Shown piece after piece: positions 26,372 to 40,446 of a stretch of 64,000 nt of DNA. Source of the stretch: Chlorokybus atmophyticus (Eukaryota; Plantae; Mesostigma and Chlorokybus algae). Made by a program: the position numbers and the translations under genes. The notes under the pieces were generated by a model. That model ran no database searches and had not been told where the DNA came from. It worked only from the letters and a program-made list of their open reading frames with translations. Positions within the stretch are counted from its first letter, which is position 1; every line of letters starts with the position of its first letter. The stretch covers positions 847,213-911,212 of the forward strand of contig RHPI01002262.1 in assembly GCA_009103225.1 (NCBI GenBank), written 5' to 3'.

Positions 26372-27394
26372 GGGGGGAGGACGTACTGGGTGTGCACGCA
26401 GGTGAGGTGGGTGCGTGAGTGGATGGGTGGGCGTGGGGAGAAAGCTCGTGTGTGTCATGCGGCGCATGTGCGCATGTGTCCTCCTGTGCGTGTGCGTGCA
26501 TGCGTGCGTGCGTGCGTGTGTGTGTGCGTGTGCACTTGAGTGTGAGCTTGTGCATGCAGTGGCATGTTGTTTTGAGAGTGTCATGCACACGGTCACATTC
26601 ATGTGCATGCAACTGTCGTGCTTCTCATGCTCTGTATACTGGCTGGCCAGACCGAATCCGTGACTGTGATATTCCCGATGCATTTCGACAACGCCACAGA
26701 CACAGCAATTGCCACACACTTCCTGCAGGTTGGTGTGCCCTACTTGTGAAGTCTTGTCTGCCGCTTACTTGATGCTTTGATGATGGTTTGTCTGCAACAA
26801 TAAGGTCTTATAACTGACTAATCAAGTTCAAGAGCTTTTGCCCGTTCATTCACACAAGATCCTACACAGGTTTGAGCTTGCACACACGTGTTTACAATCG
26901 CACACGCGCTCACAAGCACAGACAAATGACGCACGCGCACGCACACAACAACAGTCGCACTGGGCTGCAAGTCACAATCTTTTACTCACATCAGACCAAC
27001 ATTGACCATGTCGTTGTTACTCACAACTCTGGCAGGAGTTTGCTGAGGTGAGGCGTGGCCCGTCGCTGAGCACCTCTCCGGCGTGCTCGTACTCGCGGTT
27101 GCCACCGCTCGAGCTTAAGGGAAAGACCAATGCGGGGCAGTGCAGCGCCGGCTTCATGTCTTTTGGTGAGTGACACAAGTAGAATTGACTACATGACAAA
27201 GCGCGCGCATGCGTGCGTGTGTTGCAACCACATGCATGTACACACATCAATGCGTGTGACCATTGAGCTCTTGTTGTTATGTTGTTCAGTGTTGTTTCCA
27301 AGGCACGTTGCGAGCAGTCAGCAGCTGCAGCAGGCTGCGTGGGCGATGACGGCTTTCCCGGACTACATCGCATACCATATGAAGGTCAGGAAGA

Positions 27395-27426
<32 letters not shown>

Positions 27427-27849
27427 ATTGACAACGAGCTTGCGCCAATGAGACTGCCGTGCCTTACATTGCGCTTGCAGTGTTCAAAGGCTTACATGCA
27501 CACGAGAATGCGCCAAAGAGCAAACTCCCTTCTTCAGGTACCAAAGTAGTAGTCTCATCTGACATTCCATATCATGTATCGACCATACAACAATTTAGTA
27601 GCACTGTGCTTGGCTGCTTACACATGCGTGTGCATCTCAGGTGTTGAATCGCGCAAAACCGGACGTGGCAAAAGAGAAGAAAACGGCAGCTGGAAAGACT
27701 TTCAGCAGAGTGATGTGAGGTTGCCTCCAAGCTGCTTACTTCTGTGAAACAAGCCTCAGCAGCTACCATGCATGTGCTAGGCTATCAGTGTTATGAGGCT
27801 GCGTCGTTTGTAAAGGCCAGTTCACATATACTAAGCTGCACATTAAGTG

Positions 27850-30800
27850 GCAGATGATGTGACTGCTTGGCAAGCAGTTGCATGTCGCATGTCACGCATG
27901 CCATGCCACTGCTGGCAGAAGAGGCGGAGGAGCACAGGGTATACAGCATATAGAGCACACACTGCGCAGCGTATGCTCAACAACAGCACGCAGCATGGTG
28001 TCATGACCAGAGCGATGGCGGTGGCAGCATGGTCACAGCATGCAGCTTGCTGGAGGCTGCTGTTGCTTGCACAGTTGTGTTATGTGACTTTACATGTGAC
28101 ATAACTTATGTCAGTGGTTTGCCAGGCTGGCATTGCCAGCAAGGTGTGGAATGACTGCGATGCAACATGTATATATCAAATTAGGGGGTAGTCTATGGAG
28201 TTAAGATCGAATCGGTGGCAAGATGTTGACAGCAGGGGCTTGGTTTTTCTTAGCAGGCAATGAAAACAACGGCATACATCAGGTTGATTGCTTCATACAT
28301 TGGTGCCTGTTGCCTGTCCCACCCACCCACCATGGCATCGCATAGCACATAGGTGGAGCACTAGGTGTATTGTGGAGTAATGGCACCGGATGCATGTAAG
28401 GTGCCTACCTGTTTGCCCTTCCTTGCCTTGCTATTGCGGTGTATGTTGTATGTTAGACATATTGAGCACATATTGCATGGTTGATGTTTAACATAAAGCA
28501 TATACATGCAAGTGGTTCAGCATGACCAATTTCTGAATTGTCGCCAGCATGGCTGCAGCCAGTTGCACTGCTATTCATGTCACCCCGCGGCACAATCCCG
28601 CTGGACGCCACCTACTGCAAATGCCATGTCCCGTGCAACTTGCTTTAAATGTGTAATGCGTGCATGCAAGTTGGAGTTGCTCAACGCTATCACTACAACC
28701 ATTCTGTTGATGGCAACGACCGTCAAACTGGGACGACATCAACAGCCAACAGGATTCAATGTTCCAAGAAAAGCCATGTATTGCTACAGAATTTTCATAG
28801 GAGCGCCGGCCGAATAGTCAAGTTTAATTGCACGAGTCGCGCGACACTAATAGAAACACAAGTATCATTACTAGTATAAATTCTAGTCTAAATAAATAGA
28901 ATCATGATGCATAAAGTAAACAATGTTAGTTCAGATTCCGTAAGTTGGTTTTGGGGAGTTGATGTGGATGTTTTGCTGTTGTTACACGTATGTGACTATT
29001 ATTTTTAAGCCATCGCAGCATCGCGTGCAAACGGATTGTGCACAATGCCAGCGTGATGCAAGCGTGCGCGATTGCATGAATCGTCACATCGTTGAACCAC
29101 CTAACAAGAGCTGTGACAGCACTTGCGGCACGATTGTAAAAAGACTTAATATCATAAAAGTTCGCATCAGGAATTTGGTACCACTTGAGCACTTAAGGCA
29201 TGACACTTCAAGAAATACATGATACACTTAAAATTGTGTACACCATGCATTGTATATAATAGATAGTGGCATAATGACGTGCAACAGATGACATGCATTT
29301 CGTATTTCGATAAAGAAGCGAGATATTGCGTGAATAATTTGACTGCAATGAGTTCATTTGCATAAATGTAACCAACAGCCATTACCATTGCATCAATTGT
29401 CTACCTTTAAACCACATGCTTCGCTCGTCTAGCCATGTTGCTATGAATTATCTAGCAATTTGTGCATTGATCAAGTGTTCATTGTGTGCTGCCTGAATTG
29501 CATGTGACCATGCGCCGTTGTGCAGGTGGACCGCTGGGTCCTACCTCCACCTGCTCTGCCTTGCACGCCCGTAGTGGCATGCACTTAGTGTAGCCTTTCC
29601 CCCGGTTGGTAATCGTGCTTGCCTTGCTTGTTAGGCTGTCAATGCGACGATCTAAACCACTTTGAAAAGTCGCCGCCTCATCGCGGCCCCACCGTTGTCG
29701 CGCCTCCATCGCTTCTTTATCGCGCCTCCATCGCGCCTCCATCGCCGTCGCGGCTGTTTTGCGCCATCGTTGATTTAACATCATCGTCACAACGCCAAAT
29801 TTCGCGGCATTTCATGACACTGTCATGAAGGTAAACGCGATAATGGCAACATTCATGATATGGTGAATATCGAATGATGAGGTGAACATCGCGTCACCAG
29901 CGGGGTCCAAAATGTGCAAAGCCGCGTTCAGCCTCCATCTTAGTTCACTTACTGTGAGTGCGTAAGTGCTATGCATCTTCGCATCGTTGGAATGCTTATG
30001 TATATCTTTGAGTTATCACCTTCCAATAAATTGCAGACTCTGATCATGACCTCGATACAGATCGGCAATGCCACGCGACTTGGTAAGGACGCCTTTTGTA
30101 AAGCACGTGGCACATGCGTAAACGACACATCACAGGCTCGCCAAATGATCACGAATCTGCTTGGCAAACATGTGACTGGAACGGATTCAAGCCCCCTCAA
30201 TCCAGTTCCAATGACATGCCACTGCTTGCCAAGCAGCAGCGTCGGAGCTGGCTTGGGCATGTCGCATGCAACGCCGGCGCTGGCTTGGGCATGATGGGGG
30301 CGGCGGCGAAGGCAGCGCCGTGTGTCGTGGTAGGGTAGCGGCAGAGGAGCTACATGTGATAAAACTGTTGGAAGCTAGTGGAAGCAAGCTAGTGTCGCTG
30401 CATTTGCCCACACGCACGCACAGTAGCTTATGCTGAAGGCTGCTGCATGCACAGTGCGATTGAGCGCGTTGCCATCTCAAGGTGCAGGTTGCTGCGATGC
30501 CAGCTGTGTTTAAGGTATGAGCTTGTCGAGTCGATAGTAAGCTGTTGAGCTCTTAGGTGGTAGGCTGGCTTGTCTGCTTTGACGGCCGGCGTTGACAACG
30601 GCATGACACGCAAGTGAAACACGTCACCAATTGAGGCGCCCAGCATGGCTGCAGCCGGCTGCACTGCCATTTTTGTCACACTGCGGCGCAAGTTCGCCGG
30701 ATGCCACCTTACTGCACACGCCACACCTGCTTCAAAGGTGCTTATGTCCAATGCGCGCATGCCAACTGCATTTGCTTACACGTTATCACTACGATCGCTC

Positions 30801-30850
30801 CGTTGGTGGCAACAACAGTTCAATTAAGACGACAGCCAGCAACAGCCAAC
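27850..30850. repeat. Diverged direct duplication (~27850-28750 vs ~30200-30850) flanking an AT-richer decayed segment
   Basis: Shared blocks CTGCTTG(G/C)CAAGCAG, GCATGTCGCATG, GCTG(G/A)AGGCTGCTG, CCAGCATGGCTGCAGCC(A/G)G(T/C)TGCACTGC and CG(C/T)TATCACTAC occur in the same order in both copies. Confidence 0.6.
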
Positions 30851-31151
30851 AGCAGCACAGCTTGCTGTAAATGCTGGTATTGCCGACGTCGTTGCTGTGG
30901 ATGTGGCTATCGTCGTGGTTGTCATCTTTGCTGCTTGTGCATTACAGCAAAGGCAGCCACGAACACAATTGCACAATTGCACAACATCACAACTGTCGCT
31001 ATTGTCAGTGCCTTTGTTTGACGTCTTCATGGCTGTCGTGTGTGCTCTTGTCAGCATTAACAACCACAACAATAACAATAACAACGACAGGGGTGTGATA
31101 AAGTTGAGACCGAAGCTGGTGCTGGTGCTGGTGCTGGTGCTGGTGCTTATC

Positions 31152-34100
31152 ATGCCTGTGCTGAGGGCGGGCACACGCGGTCGACCGATGAAGTTCTCAA
31201 CAGTTTACATGCACAGGTGCAAATCCTCGTTATACATGCCTTATCTAGGCTGCTTTAACACTGACTGCTTGGTGCAATGACAGTTCGAAGAGTGGGACTT
31301 GCGCCAGAAGGGGTACAGGCATCTCATTGCTTTTATGCTGTTTACAGGACTCTACTTTGCCGTGCTGTTTATGCAACGGTGAGCGTATATACCGTACATA
31401 TACTCATATGTGACGTATGGGCGTTTGTGTTGATGCTTATCAATATGTATACGCACGCACGCACGCTCGCACGCACGCACAATACATCAACAAGAAGAAC
31501 ATGTAACCACGACATGTAGGTCAACAGCAACGCGTCGGTGGTGTACGGCGTCAACAGCACCATATCCACGCTGCTGCCGACTGACAGCAACGGCAACACC
31601 CTTACAGAATTTCAGGACACGACCAGCCTTCTCGCCTGGTATGGCATTGAGCTTTCATGCTAACAAAAATGATGAGCAACAACAATAACAACATTGTCTT
31701 GGAAGGGTGAGGGGCATGTTGGTGGACACGTATACGGAACCCGTGTGTGGTGGTGGCGTGTGCGAGCAACCATACGAGTTTGAAGGCTACGGTCGATTTG
31801 GCTGTCCAGAGGCAAGTGGTCCACACACCACACGAACGCACGCGCGCGCGCACGCACGCACGCACGCACGCATGCAGGTGTAACCATGCCCACACGCACG
31901 ATAATCAGCCAGAAGGGTTGTACTACAGTCACTGGACTTGTTATGTGGTCTGTACTACAGGATTGCGGGTGGTCTCGCTCGCTTACCAATGTCACTGTGA
32001 GGTTTGGCTTCAACTTCCGTACCGCAACTGACCAGTCGCGGTCTTTCTGGAACCTATGGTAAGAGCTATTGTAATGCTTGTGGTGTGTGTGCGTGCGTGC
32101 TGTTATAAAGTCATGTTTTTTGTGCAGTGCACCAGATGACTGTTCCTTCTCCTCCATGACCGATCCCAACACGAAATGCTGGTAACTGTGACGTTGTGGC
32201 CCTGACTGACCCAATATGTACGCAACATGTTAGGCCGCAACGACCCCATTGTGTCCACAGGTTTAGTACCCCAAACAACTTCTCAGCCAGCGGGTTGACG
32301 GGAACGCAGACGACTACCCTGTAAGACAACGTTGCTTGGTGTTTATGGTTATGCACATGTGCGCAATAACGATGTACTGGTAGAGTCCGACTCTAGAGTC
32401 TTGTCAACTGTTGACTTATTCTGTTTTTACAGGTTCATGGTGGATGGCAACTACTCCGTCTGCTTGCTTGCCCCTGGTATGATCAGGCTCTCTGAAGTAC
32501 TACACCAATGCACGCAGGCGACGCAGTGCTCAGAGTCTCTCTCTACGTGTGCGTGCATTCGTGTGTGTGTGTATGTGTTTGTGGCTCAGGTGGCGGAGTA
32601 AAGGGACAAGTCCTTACCTCGCCCGCAAATGTTACCGGCATTGCTGTGGGTAAGATGACATCATGGCTGTGTGCTCCGTACATGTCCTTGCGCAACTCAT
32701 CATGTTTTACATGTTGAGTTGCCCACAAATACGCGCGGACACCCACACGCACACAAACAACACGCATCGCAGGCATTGCAACAACAACAACAGTGTTGGA
32801 GGGCGACTCTGACTATGTTGACCTGAACGTGACAACCATCAGCGATAGCGATGTTGACTCTGAGATAGCAACAAGCTGGCAGTATTGTGGGAAAGCAATA
32901 ACTCGTTGTGAGAAGTTGTGCGCGCGGATCGTGGCGTGCTTCATGCGATGTCCCGGCAACGTCACGGCGAGCGCGAACGACATCTACACACGCTGTGCGC
33001 AGGGCATGTGCACACCCCTACGCTTGTTCCCCAGAGTCACCGTCATCAGCAACCACGAAATGTGTGTGCTGGTACGTGCCAACACCATCGCTACTGGATA
33101 GTTCATTCAGAGAACCAACAAACATACTTGTGCGCACACACACCCGCACAGAAAGAGAGAAAACCCAATCACACACGCGCACACACACACAATCTTGTAG
33201 GCGAGGCAGCCCATTCTGGAGTATCTCAGCATTCCTGGCGCGAACGGCACGCTAGAGGACCCTTCAGATAGTTTGTACGGGTGTCCAGCAGCTTATTATG
33301 ATCGCGTCAACTACCCAGGCCTCCGTCCCAATGGTAACTGGAAGTAAAATTGGTTGTGGGATTGCATACACAGCTACACATTCGTGAAGGTGATGTGTCC
33401 TTTTTTTCTCTTTGTTGCAGATTATTGCAGAGAGCCTGTGGTGAACGGTGACCCAACGGACTACTGCCAATGGCAAAATGCGGGTGACTCCATCTGCCAG
33501 CCCAGCTGTTTGTACCCCAATTGCGGGAACGACTACCAAGTGAGATGTAGCTGCTTGTTGGGATGCGTATGCTCGTTGATGCCTTATGAGCCAACATGTG
33601 TGATGACAAGTCTTCTGGTGCACAGGACTGCTGCTCCCTCGGGTGGCCTCTCAATGGCACAGGTATGTGTGTACGTGTGTGTGCATATGTATGCGTGGGC
33701 GCGTGTGGACGTGTGTTAGCCACATGCACGTACGCATGCGCACACGCAGGTATAGTTGATGGAAACGTTGATGAGACAAAGCTGGTCATGGCAACCGCTG
33801 ATTGTCCGTCCATGCGCCCGTTGTCCAGATATGGCCTGCTGCAACCTGGTCGCCAGCGACGCCCACGCCCCGCTCTCTTTCACTTTCAGCTTCAACAACT
33901 ACATGCCCAATGACATGGGCTTGTCCAACGCTACGACCACCACCACCCACAGCCAGCGCCCTATGTACGACGTGGGCCTCACCAACCGCATCCTGGCAGG
34001 CATCCTGCTTCACACCACGCGCTATCACATCGACAACTGTTCGGACATCAGCAGGTTCGCGAAGCTGCTGCCCGATGCGCGGTGTCGCTCGTGGGAGGGA

Positions 34101-37100
34101 GACATCAACCCGTACGGCGCAGACCCGGGTACACACACACGCACATGCACAAGCACGCGTGCATGTTGTCACGTCTCCCCTTTGCAGCTGATATGTTCAG
34201 CATGTGCGCATGCATGGGTGTGCTTACCTCGACTGATTCCATACTTATCTCACCTGTATCAGTGTATGTGAGAAGCAGCAAGTTTTATAGTGAGGCAGCA
34301 GCCAGAGATCCCAACAAGTACTACAGGTAAGTCCGTGGCAAGTTATAACGGTATTATCATGTACACATGCATGTGTGTGTGTTTAAACTGAAGCGAGGCG
34401 GTGCACGTACAATGTGAACGTGCTGCTTATGGTATGACATGTTTGGTGTTCGCATAGCAAACAGCGCAAGTTTCTTTTATTGCAGTCCGTCGGACATAAA
34501 CAATCACGGAGTCCCGTACGGCTTCTTCCCAATGCCTGCAGTGGTGAGAATATGATATGATGTTTGACATTCACTCCGCCCCAACATGTGTGGTGTGCAC
34601 ACAGGATGGGCAGCACAGGCGCATATACGCATCTAGTAAAGGTTCAACTGTTTGCAGAAAAACTTCAGACCAGCGGGCTTCCCAACAGTAGTAGCGGTCG
34701 ACCTTGACGCAGGGGAGGCCGCACGGTATGTATGTGCGTGCATGTGATGGCTGCTTGATGAAGTTGGCAGATAGATACACATCATACTTGTCCTGAACCA
34801 GCAAGCACACGCAAAAGCTTGATGCACTCCCAACACAGGTTTATTGATTACCTTGAGGACGCATTCTTCATCGATGATGTCCAGACCAAAGACCTCTACG
34901 TGCAGTTTGTCACCTACAATGGTACGGGGAACCTTTAGCGTTGTATGTAGCATACTGTTGTTTTGTTGTTTCCGCGCTTGTTGGCTCTCACTCCTGAAGT
35001 CACATACTTGTGTGGCACATGGCACAGTGGTGCTGCAACTCTTCTCCAACTTCCGGGTGACCTTTGGTTTCAACGACGGCGGGAGCGTATCGATCAAGCC
35101 GTCCATAGTCTCAGTATCTGTGGAGCATTACAACAGTATGATCGAGTGCTTCCGTGCAGTGAGTTGACTTGATGATACCACATGCACAGCTGCAATTTGT
35201 TGACACACGCACACACATATGCCTATGCAGGCGCTAGAGGTGGTCTTGCTGTTGGGCATAGCGGCCGAGGTGTACTTTGAGGGTTCAGATATCTACCGCA
35301 CGTGGGTGAGGACGGGATCGGTCCTCGCACACTATGGCAGCTTCTGGAACTATATTGATGCAGTCTCCATTGCGCTGCTGTTCACTGCTGTCATCACGTG
35401 GGTCACATTTGTCCTCAAGTACGCCACCCGCTTTGACACGCCAGGCTTCTACAACATATATGCGGCAGCGGAAACCGGCTCGGGCCGCTTCGGGCCACAC
35501 GCGCTGAAGCTCGACGCGGATGGAGAAGGCATGCGGGACTTTGTGGCAATGCTCGCGCAAGTCAACACGCTTGTAAGGATGTGGCGCTTTTATCTCGCCG
35601 TCAACAGCATCAAGTACGTGTGCACGTGCGTGTGCGTGTGTGTGTATGTGCCTGCCATGTGACATGCATGCACGCGTCCTCAGCTTGTGTGTACGTGTGT
35701 TTCAGTATTGTTTTGATGTTGCTGAGAATGCTCAAGCTATGTGACTTCCAACCACGCATGGGCCTGCTCACCCGCACGCTCGACCGCGCCGCCGTTGACC
35801 TTGCCCATTTCTTCTTCTTGGCAATCCTCGTCTTTCTATGCTACGCCACGCTCGCTCTCATCGCCTTTGGTGAAACCATCAAAGACGTGAGTGCGTTGGT
35901 GTGTGTGCGTGCGCGTGCGTGCTTGTCTCCACCTGCATGTGACACAAAGCAACAACTTTGTTTGCAGTTCTCACAACTGTGGCTAGCCTGCGTGACTCTC
36001 TTCCAGATGCTGCTTGGAGACACTGATGTAAGTCTCAAAGTGAAGCCTATTCTGCGGCCTATTGTGTGTATGTTATCTTGCTACCAGCAATTGTGTGATC
36101 GACATTGATACCGTGCAGTGACAAGACTGCGTGCCGCAGGTGAACAGCCAGCTGATGCAGCAGAACGGACTTATGTACTTTGTCGGTGTCGTGTTCTTCT
36201 GGTCATACATAATCCTTGTCTTCTTCATTCTTTTCAACTTCCTCATAGCCATCGTCATAGGTCAGTAGCAGAAGCACATATTGCTTGCAGTTCCACATGC
36301 TGATGGACTGATGAAATTAAGCACACATTTCTTATTGCAGATGCATTTGCCGATGTGAAGGCCGATGCGAAAACGTCGCGCTCAATGGGTTATGAGCTGC
36401 TGTTCATTATGATGGACAAGTGGCGTGCGTGCTGGCGCAGTTACTTCCGCTACAACTACCTTGCGGATCGCCAAGTGTACTTGTATCTGCGCAAGTTGCG
36501 CAGGTCGCGCACGCCTGCCGTGTGTGACAAGGTACTTACAACACAACTCACGCACATACACGCGCACGCACGCACGCACGCAGAGAAATGAGTGTGACCA
36601 CACTTAGGCTAGAGAAGCTGCTCCCAAGGACAAGTTGACTCTCGGCGAGATGACATTGACGAAAGAGGAGTTGGCACATGTGTTGTTCAACGCTGGTGTG
36701 GACCAAGCGCCTTCACAGGTTGGTGTGTTGGTGTCTCAGCTTGCTTGGGCTTTCGGTGGATGATCATGTTGTGTTATTCCATTACACAGAGAGCGGCTGA
36801 TAACCCTCAAGCTGTGGCGGAAGCCGTGATATCCCGTATCAACAAGTTGCAACATGCCCGCATAGCTTCGGTAAGTGGTAGTGGTGTAATACTTGCGTCT
36901 TACTGGACTGGACTTGCTGACTCATTTGAGTTACCAATAGGGACCGGACCCAGTGGAGCTACTAGAAACATGCTTGAAGAGGATTGAAGACCAATCACAA
37001 CAGATTGGGCGCTTACAGCAGCAAATATTTGCATCGCAAGGCACTCCAATGGCAACAGGCATGTCGTCTATGCGACAACACTCGCAACTTGAGCACACCA

Positions 37101-37255
37101 CGCCATACGGCGTGCAGTTGATTGCGCACGACGCCAATGTTGCTGCAGTCGATTTATCCCTCCACCAGGTGGCACCGCATCAGCATATTAGTCATGCTGA
37201 TGATGATGAGCACTGCACAGAGGATCACCAGATTGGTGAGAATAAGGTTGAGTAG
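31152..37255 (+). CDS. PKD2: Polycystin-2 (TRPP/PKD2)-like cation channel with a large Cys-rich extracellular domain; many exons; start approximate
   Basis: TM1 LYFAVLFMQRNASVVYGVNS; CGGGVCEQP..GRFGCPEDCG; TOP-domain NRILAGILLHTTR...PYGADPVY; FIDYLEDAFFID...VQFVTYN; channel core FWNYIDAVSI...LRMLKLCDFQPRMGLLTRTL...FGETIKDFS...LFQMLLGD...FFILFNFLIAIVIDAFADVK; C-terminal coiled coil. Most joins traced with canonical GT-AG sites, plus one GC-AG intron; the 5' end and one join near 34.6 kb are unresolved. Confidence 0.9.
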
Positions 37256-40200
37256 TCCATTGCGTTCATACCCATGACTGAATAAGCTATGAGCAATGCG
37301 AATATAGCCATTGGTAGCGACTTAGCAATGAATGGCATTTAAATAGTAAAAGTAGTAGCAGTGTCACCACTGCCTAAACTTATACGGACACGCGTGCATG
37401 CATGCGCCCACCATATGCTTGTGCGCTACCACCTGCAGTGTGGTAGGAGGTACATGCGGTACATGCGGTAGGTGCGTGCGTGATTCAGTCATGGATACGC
37501 AACGGCAAAATGTAGCTGGCACCATGTGCTACTGCTCATACAACTTCACATGCTGCATACTTATCATGTACACAAAATGCGGGACATGCATGCGCATGCA
37601 CATGATGCAGTGAAGTCAGCACACAGCAGCGCATGCATGGTACACATCATCAAGTTGAGTTGAGTTGACCATTGGGCTACTGTTTAACGCTACCCTACTG
37701 CCGCTACCCCGGTAGACATGCAGCAGTCAACATGCAGAACTATCGCCCGCCCACACGGGCCCTGTGTCCGTGTAACCGTGCATTCCAACTTATAGCGGGT
37801 GTGTCATGTTATGCATGTGGCCTTCGTGCCATAGTCTCGCAGCCATGTTCAAGCACTGCATATTGCAGCCTGGGCAGTGCTTGTCTCGCACTCATTAAGT
37901 ACTGGACGGTACGGCAGGCATGGCAACCGGTAGGAATGGTAGTGTCAACCCAACCTTGTACATAATTGTTTCTTGTGCATACAAGCAAGTCCAATGGCCT
38001 ATCGTACTTGCCTATGCCGGGCAAAACCTCTAGCAAGTTAAGATGTACAGTCATAGGCAGGCAAGCAACCGCGCAGTGCCTGGTAGGAGGAAGCCGGGGG
38101 AGTGATAGGCGATTGGCAGGCATAAAAGGTTGGTGTTAGACCAATGGGGCATGGGCAATGCGCTGGGCCCCACAGCCGCACGCCAAGCTAGGAACGGACA
38201 GGATAAAGCAGACAAGCACCACGCCACAACGTAGATGCATGCCTATTGTTACAACATTGTCACATGTAAATCGTATTGCATGTATATGTTCTCCCTCTCG
38301 CAATGCCAGCGTACATGTTGAGCAGAGTAATTAAACATATCTGAAGGCAATGGCGATGATGAATCTTAAAAATGTAGCGCTGTTGCATGCTATAGGGTAG
38401 AATAGAACAGGGCCACAAAGCAATACTTACACCATGTGTAACACTGTGCCCACCAGGGCCCAGCCTTTTCAACTCTCATGCAATCATGCATAAGTACATG
38501 ACTCATGCACATCATGCATGCCCTTTTATCATTCACATGTCAACCATACATGGATCACGATCACAAGTCTGCACAATGTAGACACCCAGGTCTACTGTGC
38601 GGACAGTCACATGCATAGTGCTCCCTTAGTGGAGAGGGAGGCGTGTACAGGCAAAGGGAGGCTAAGGAACACGTTTCCTTCAACTCTGCAACGGTGGGAA
38701 TTTCATCGTGCAGCTTGTCGCAGACCTTGGAGCTTCCAAAACGGTGTCAACCTCACATGGCAGTTCTTTCACAATTTTCACAAGCAACCCACCCAATATA
38801 GGCCAGGAAAGGCCCCTTCAACAGTAACACCAAGTACCCTAAACTCAGTATGTGGAAGGACCTTGATAATGCTCAGCTAAGGCGTGCACAACGGTGCCAG
38901 CGCCATTCCCAATGTGTACAACAACAACTGTCCTTGCCTTGGGCGTGCCAACGCCCTTAAGGCAGCTGATGCTGAGGTAGCTGTCCCAATCCCCTTCCTA
39001 ACGCCTTCCCACTTGGCCACACATTCCCTCAAGAGGAATATTCCCGTAAGGACGTGCGCCAAACAATTAACGTCCACCACACTACACAGTGCTTGAACGG
39101 CCATTTGCCATCATGGCAACATGTCACACACTTAATGTGACTCACTCAGTGCTGTCACACCATGCCCTGTGCCATAGATGTCCCATCTTTGCTCATGCTT
39201 AATGTGACATGCAGCTGCACTTCACATGTGCGTACTTACAAACTTCCTTACAAGCATGTGCACTCTATGCACATGCATGATGTGAACTACACATCACACA
39301 GCTTGTCACACGCTTGCATAAGCTACCAGACTCTGAGTGTAAGCGCTCATGACATGTGGCGCAACACTACTGTATACACCAGCATGTACAGTACACTGTA
39401 CTATGTATGACATTTGTTACAACATGTGACAATGTCTCGCATTGTGCACATACATGCTCACACTTACCAGCTCTGTGCAAGCTTATCAGTGCCTTGTACA
39501 ATTCATGCCCAAGGCTCATGAGCTCAAGGACCGACTGAATGAGCGAACCATTTAGGTATTGCACACACCAAACCAATTAAACTCCCATACAATCATGCTG
39601 GCATATGTCGCAACATAGCAGCTGAGAGTGATGATGCCTTGCCTGTTATGCGTGACACTATGTGTACTCGAACGCGGTGCACATTTACTAATATGGTTAT
39701 ACAATGTGTATATACACACACATTATTACGCCATAAGTACACGACCGCAATGTATGCATATTTATTATTATAGTCGTATATATATATATATATCTCTATT
39801 AATATATGGTTTAATGATATAATTCGAAAATGTATTATAATAAATGTGATATAGATATAATCTTTAAATACTTGCTACATAAGCGTTGCGACCATTGTGA
39901 TTTAATGAAATAAACATCATTACTATTAAGATGTATAATGCACGCTTTGTATTTATCAAAGTCCTCGCGTTGATGCATATGACATGTCATGTCTTCAGCA
40001 AATGTGTTGTTGTTATGTAGCTACATTTGATCAAATTCAAAGTAGCAGAACCACACCCGCATGCACGTGTACTTGTGATCATATAATGGAAATCACAACG
40101 CGTTTGATGATATATACCCAATACTTATAAACGCGTTAATAAGTTTTGTGCGAGTTTACACGTTGTGTAAGCTCTGTGTGTGTGTGTGTGTGTGTGTGTG

Positions 40201-40446
40201 GACGTCACCGACAGCATATGCGTCGGTGATGCCTCCGCACAGTCGACGCAGCCCTGTTCGTTCCAGGCGGCCTCAGCCAAAGCAAAAAGCCGTGCGCCAC
40301 GTGGAAAGGGCTGCCTAAGCTAGGCTACGGCTATGATTGGCGATTCAACAAACAGGTCGTTAGTACAGTGTTGCACTCTGTGGTCTAGACCAGGGAGCCA
40401 GGCTAGGGTTTGTGCGCCTTGGGGCGGGAAGCTTGCGGCGGCGGCG

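Noticed and set aside
27858-30240. Apparent inverted repeat between ~27860 and ~30225
   Set aside because: The shared motif CTGCTTG(G/C)CAAGCAG is itself palindromic, and the flanking blocks show the duplication is direct.
37650-39700. Possible retroelement or GDSL-like remnant (VVVVHIGNG) between PKD2 and OGDH; similar stop-riddled frames at 46400-47600
   Set aside because: The frames are full of stops, with no termini, TSD or diagnostic RT/integrase motifs. They cannot be assigned without a search.
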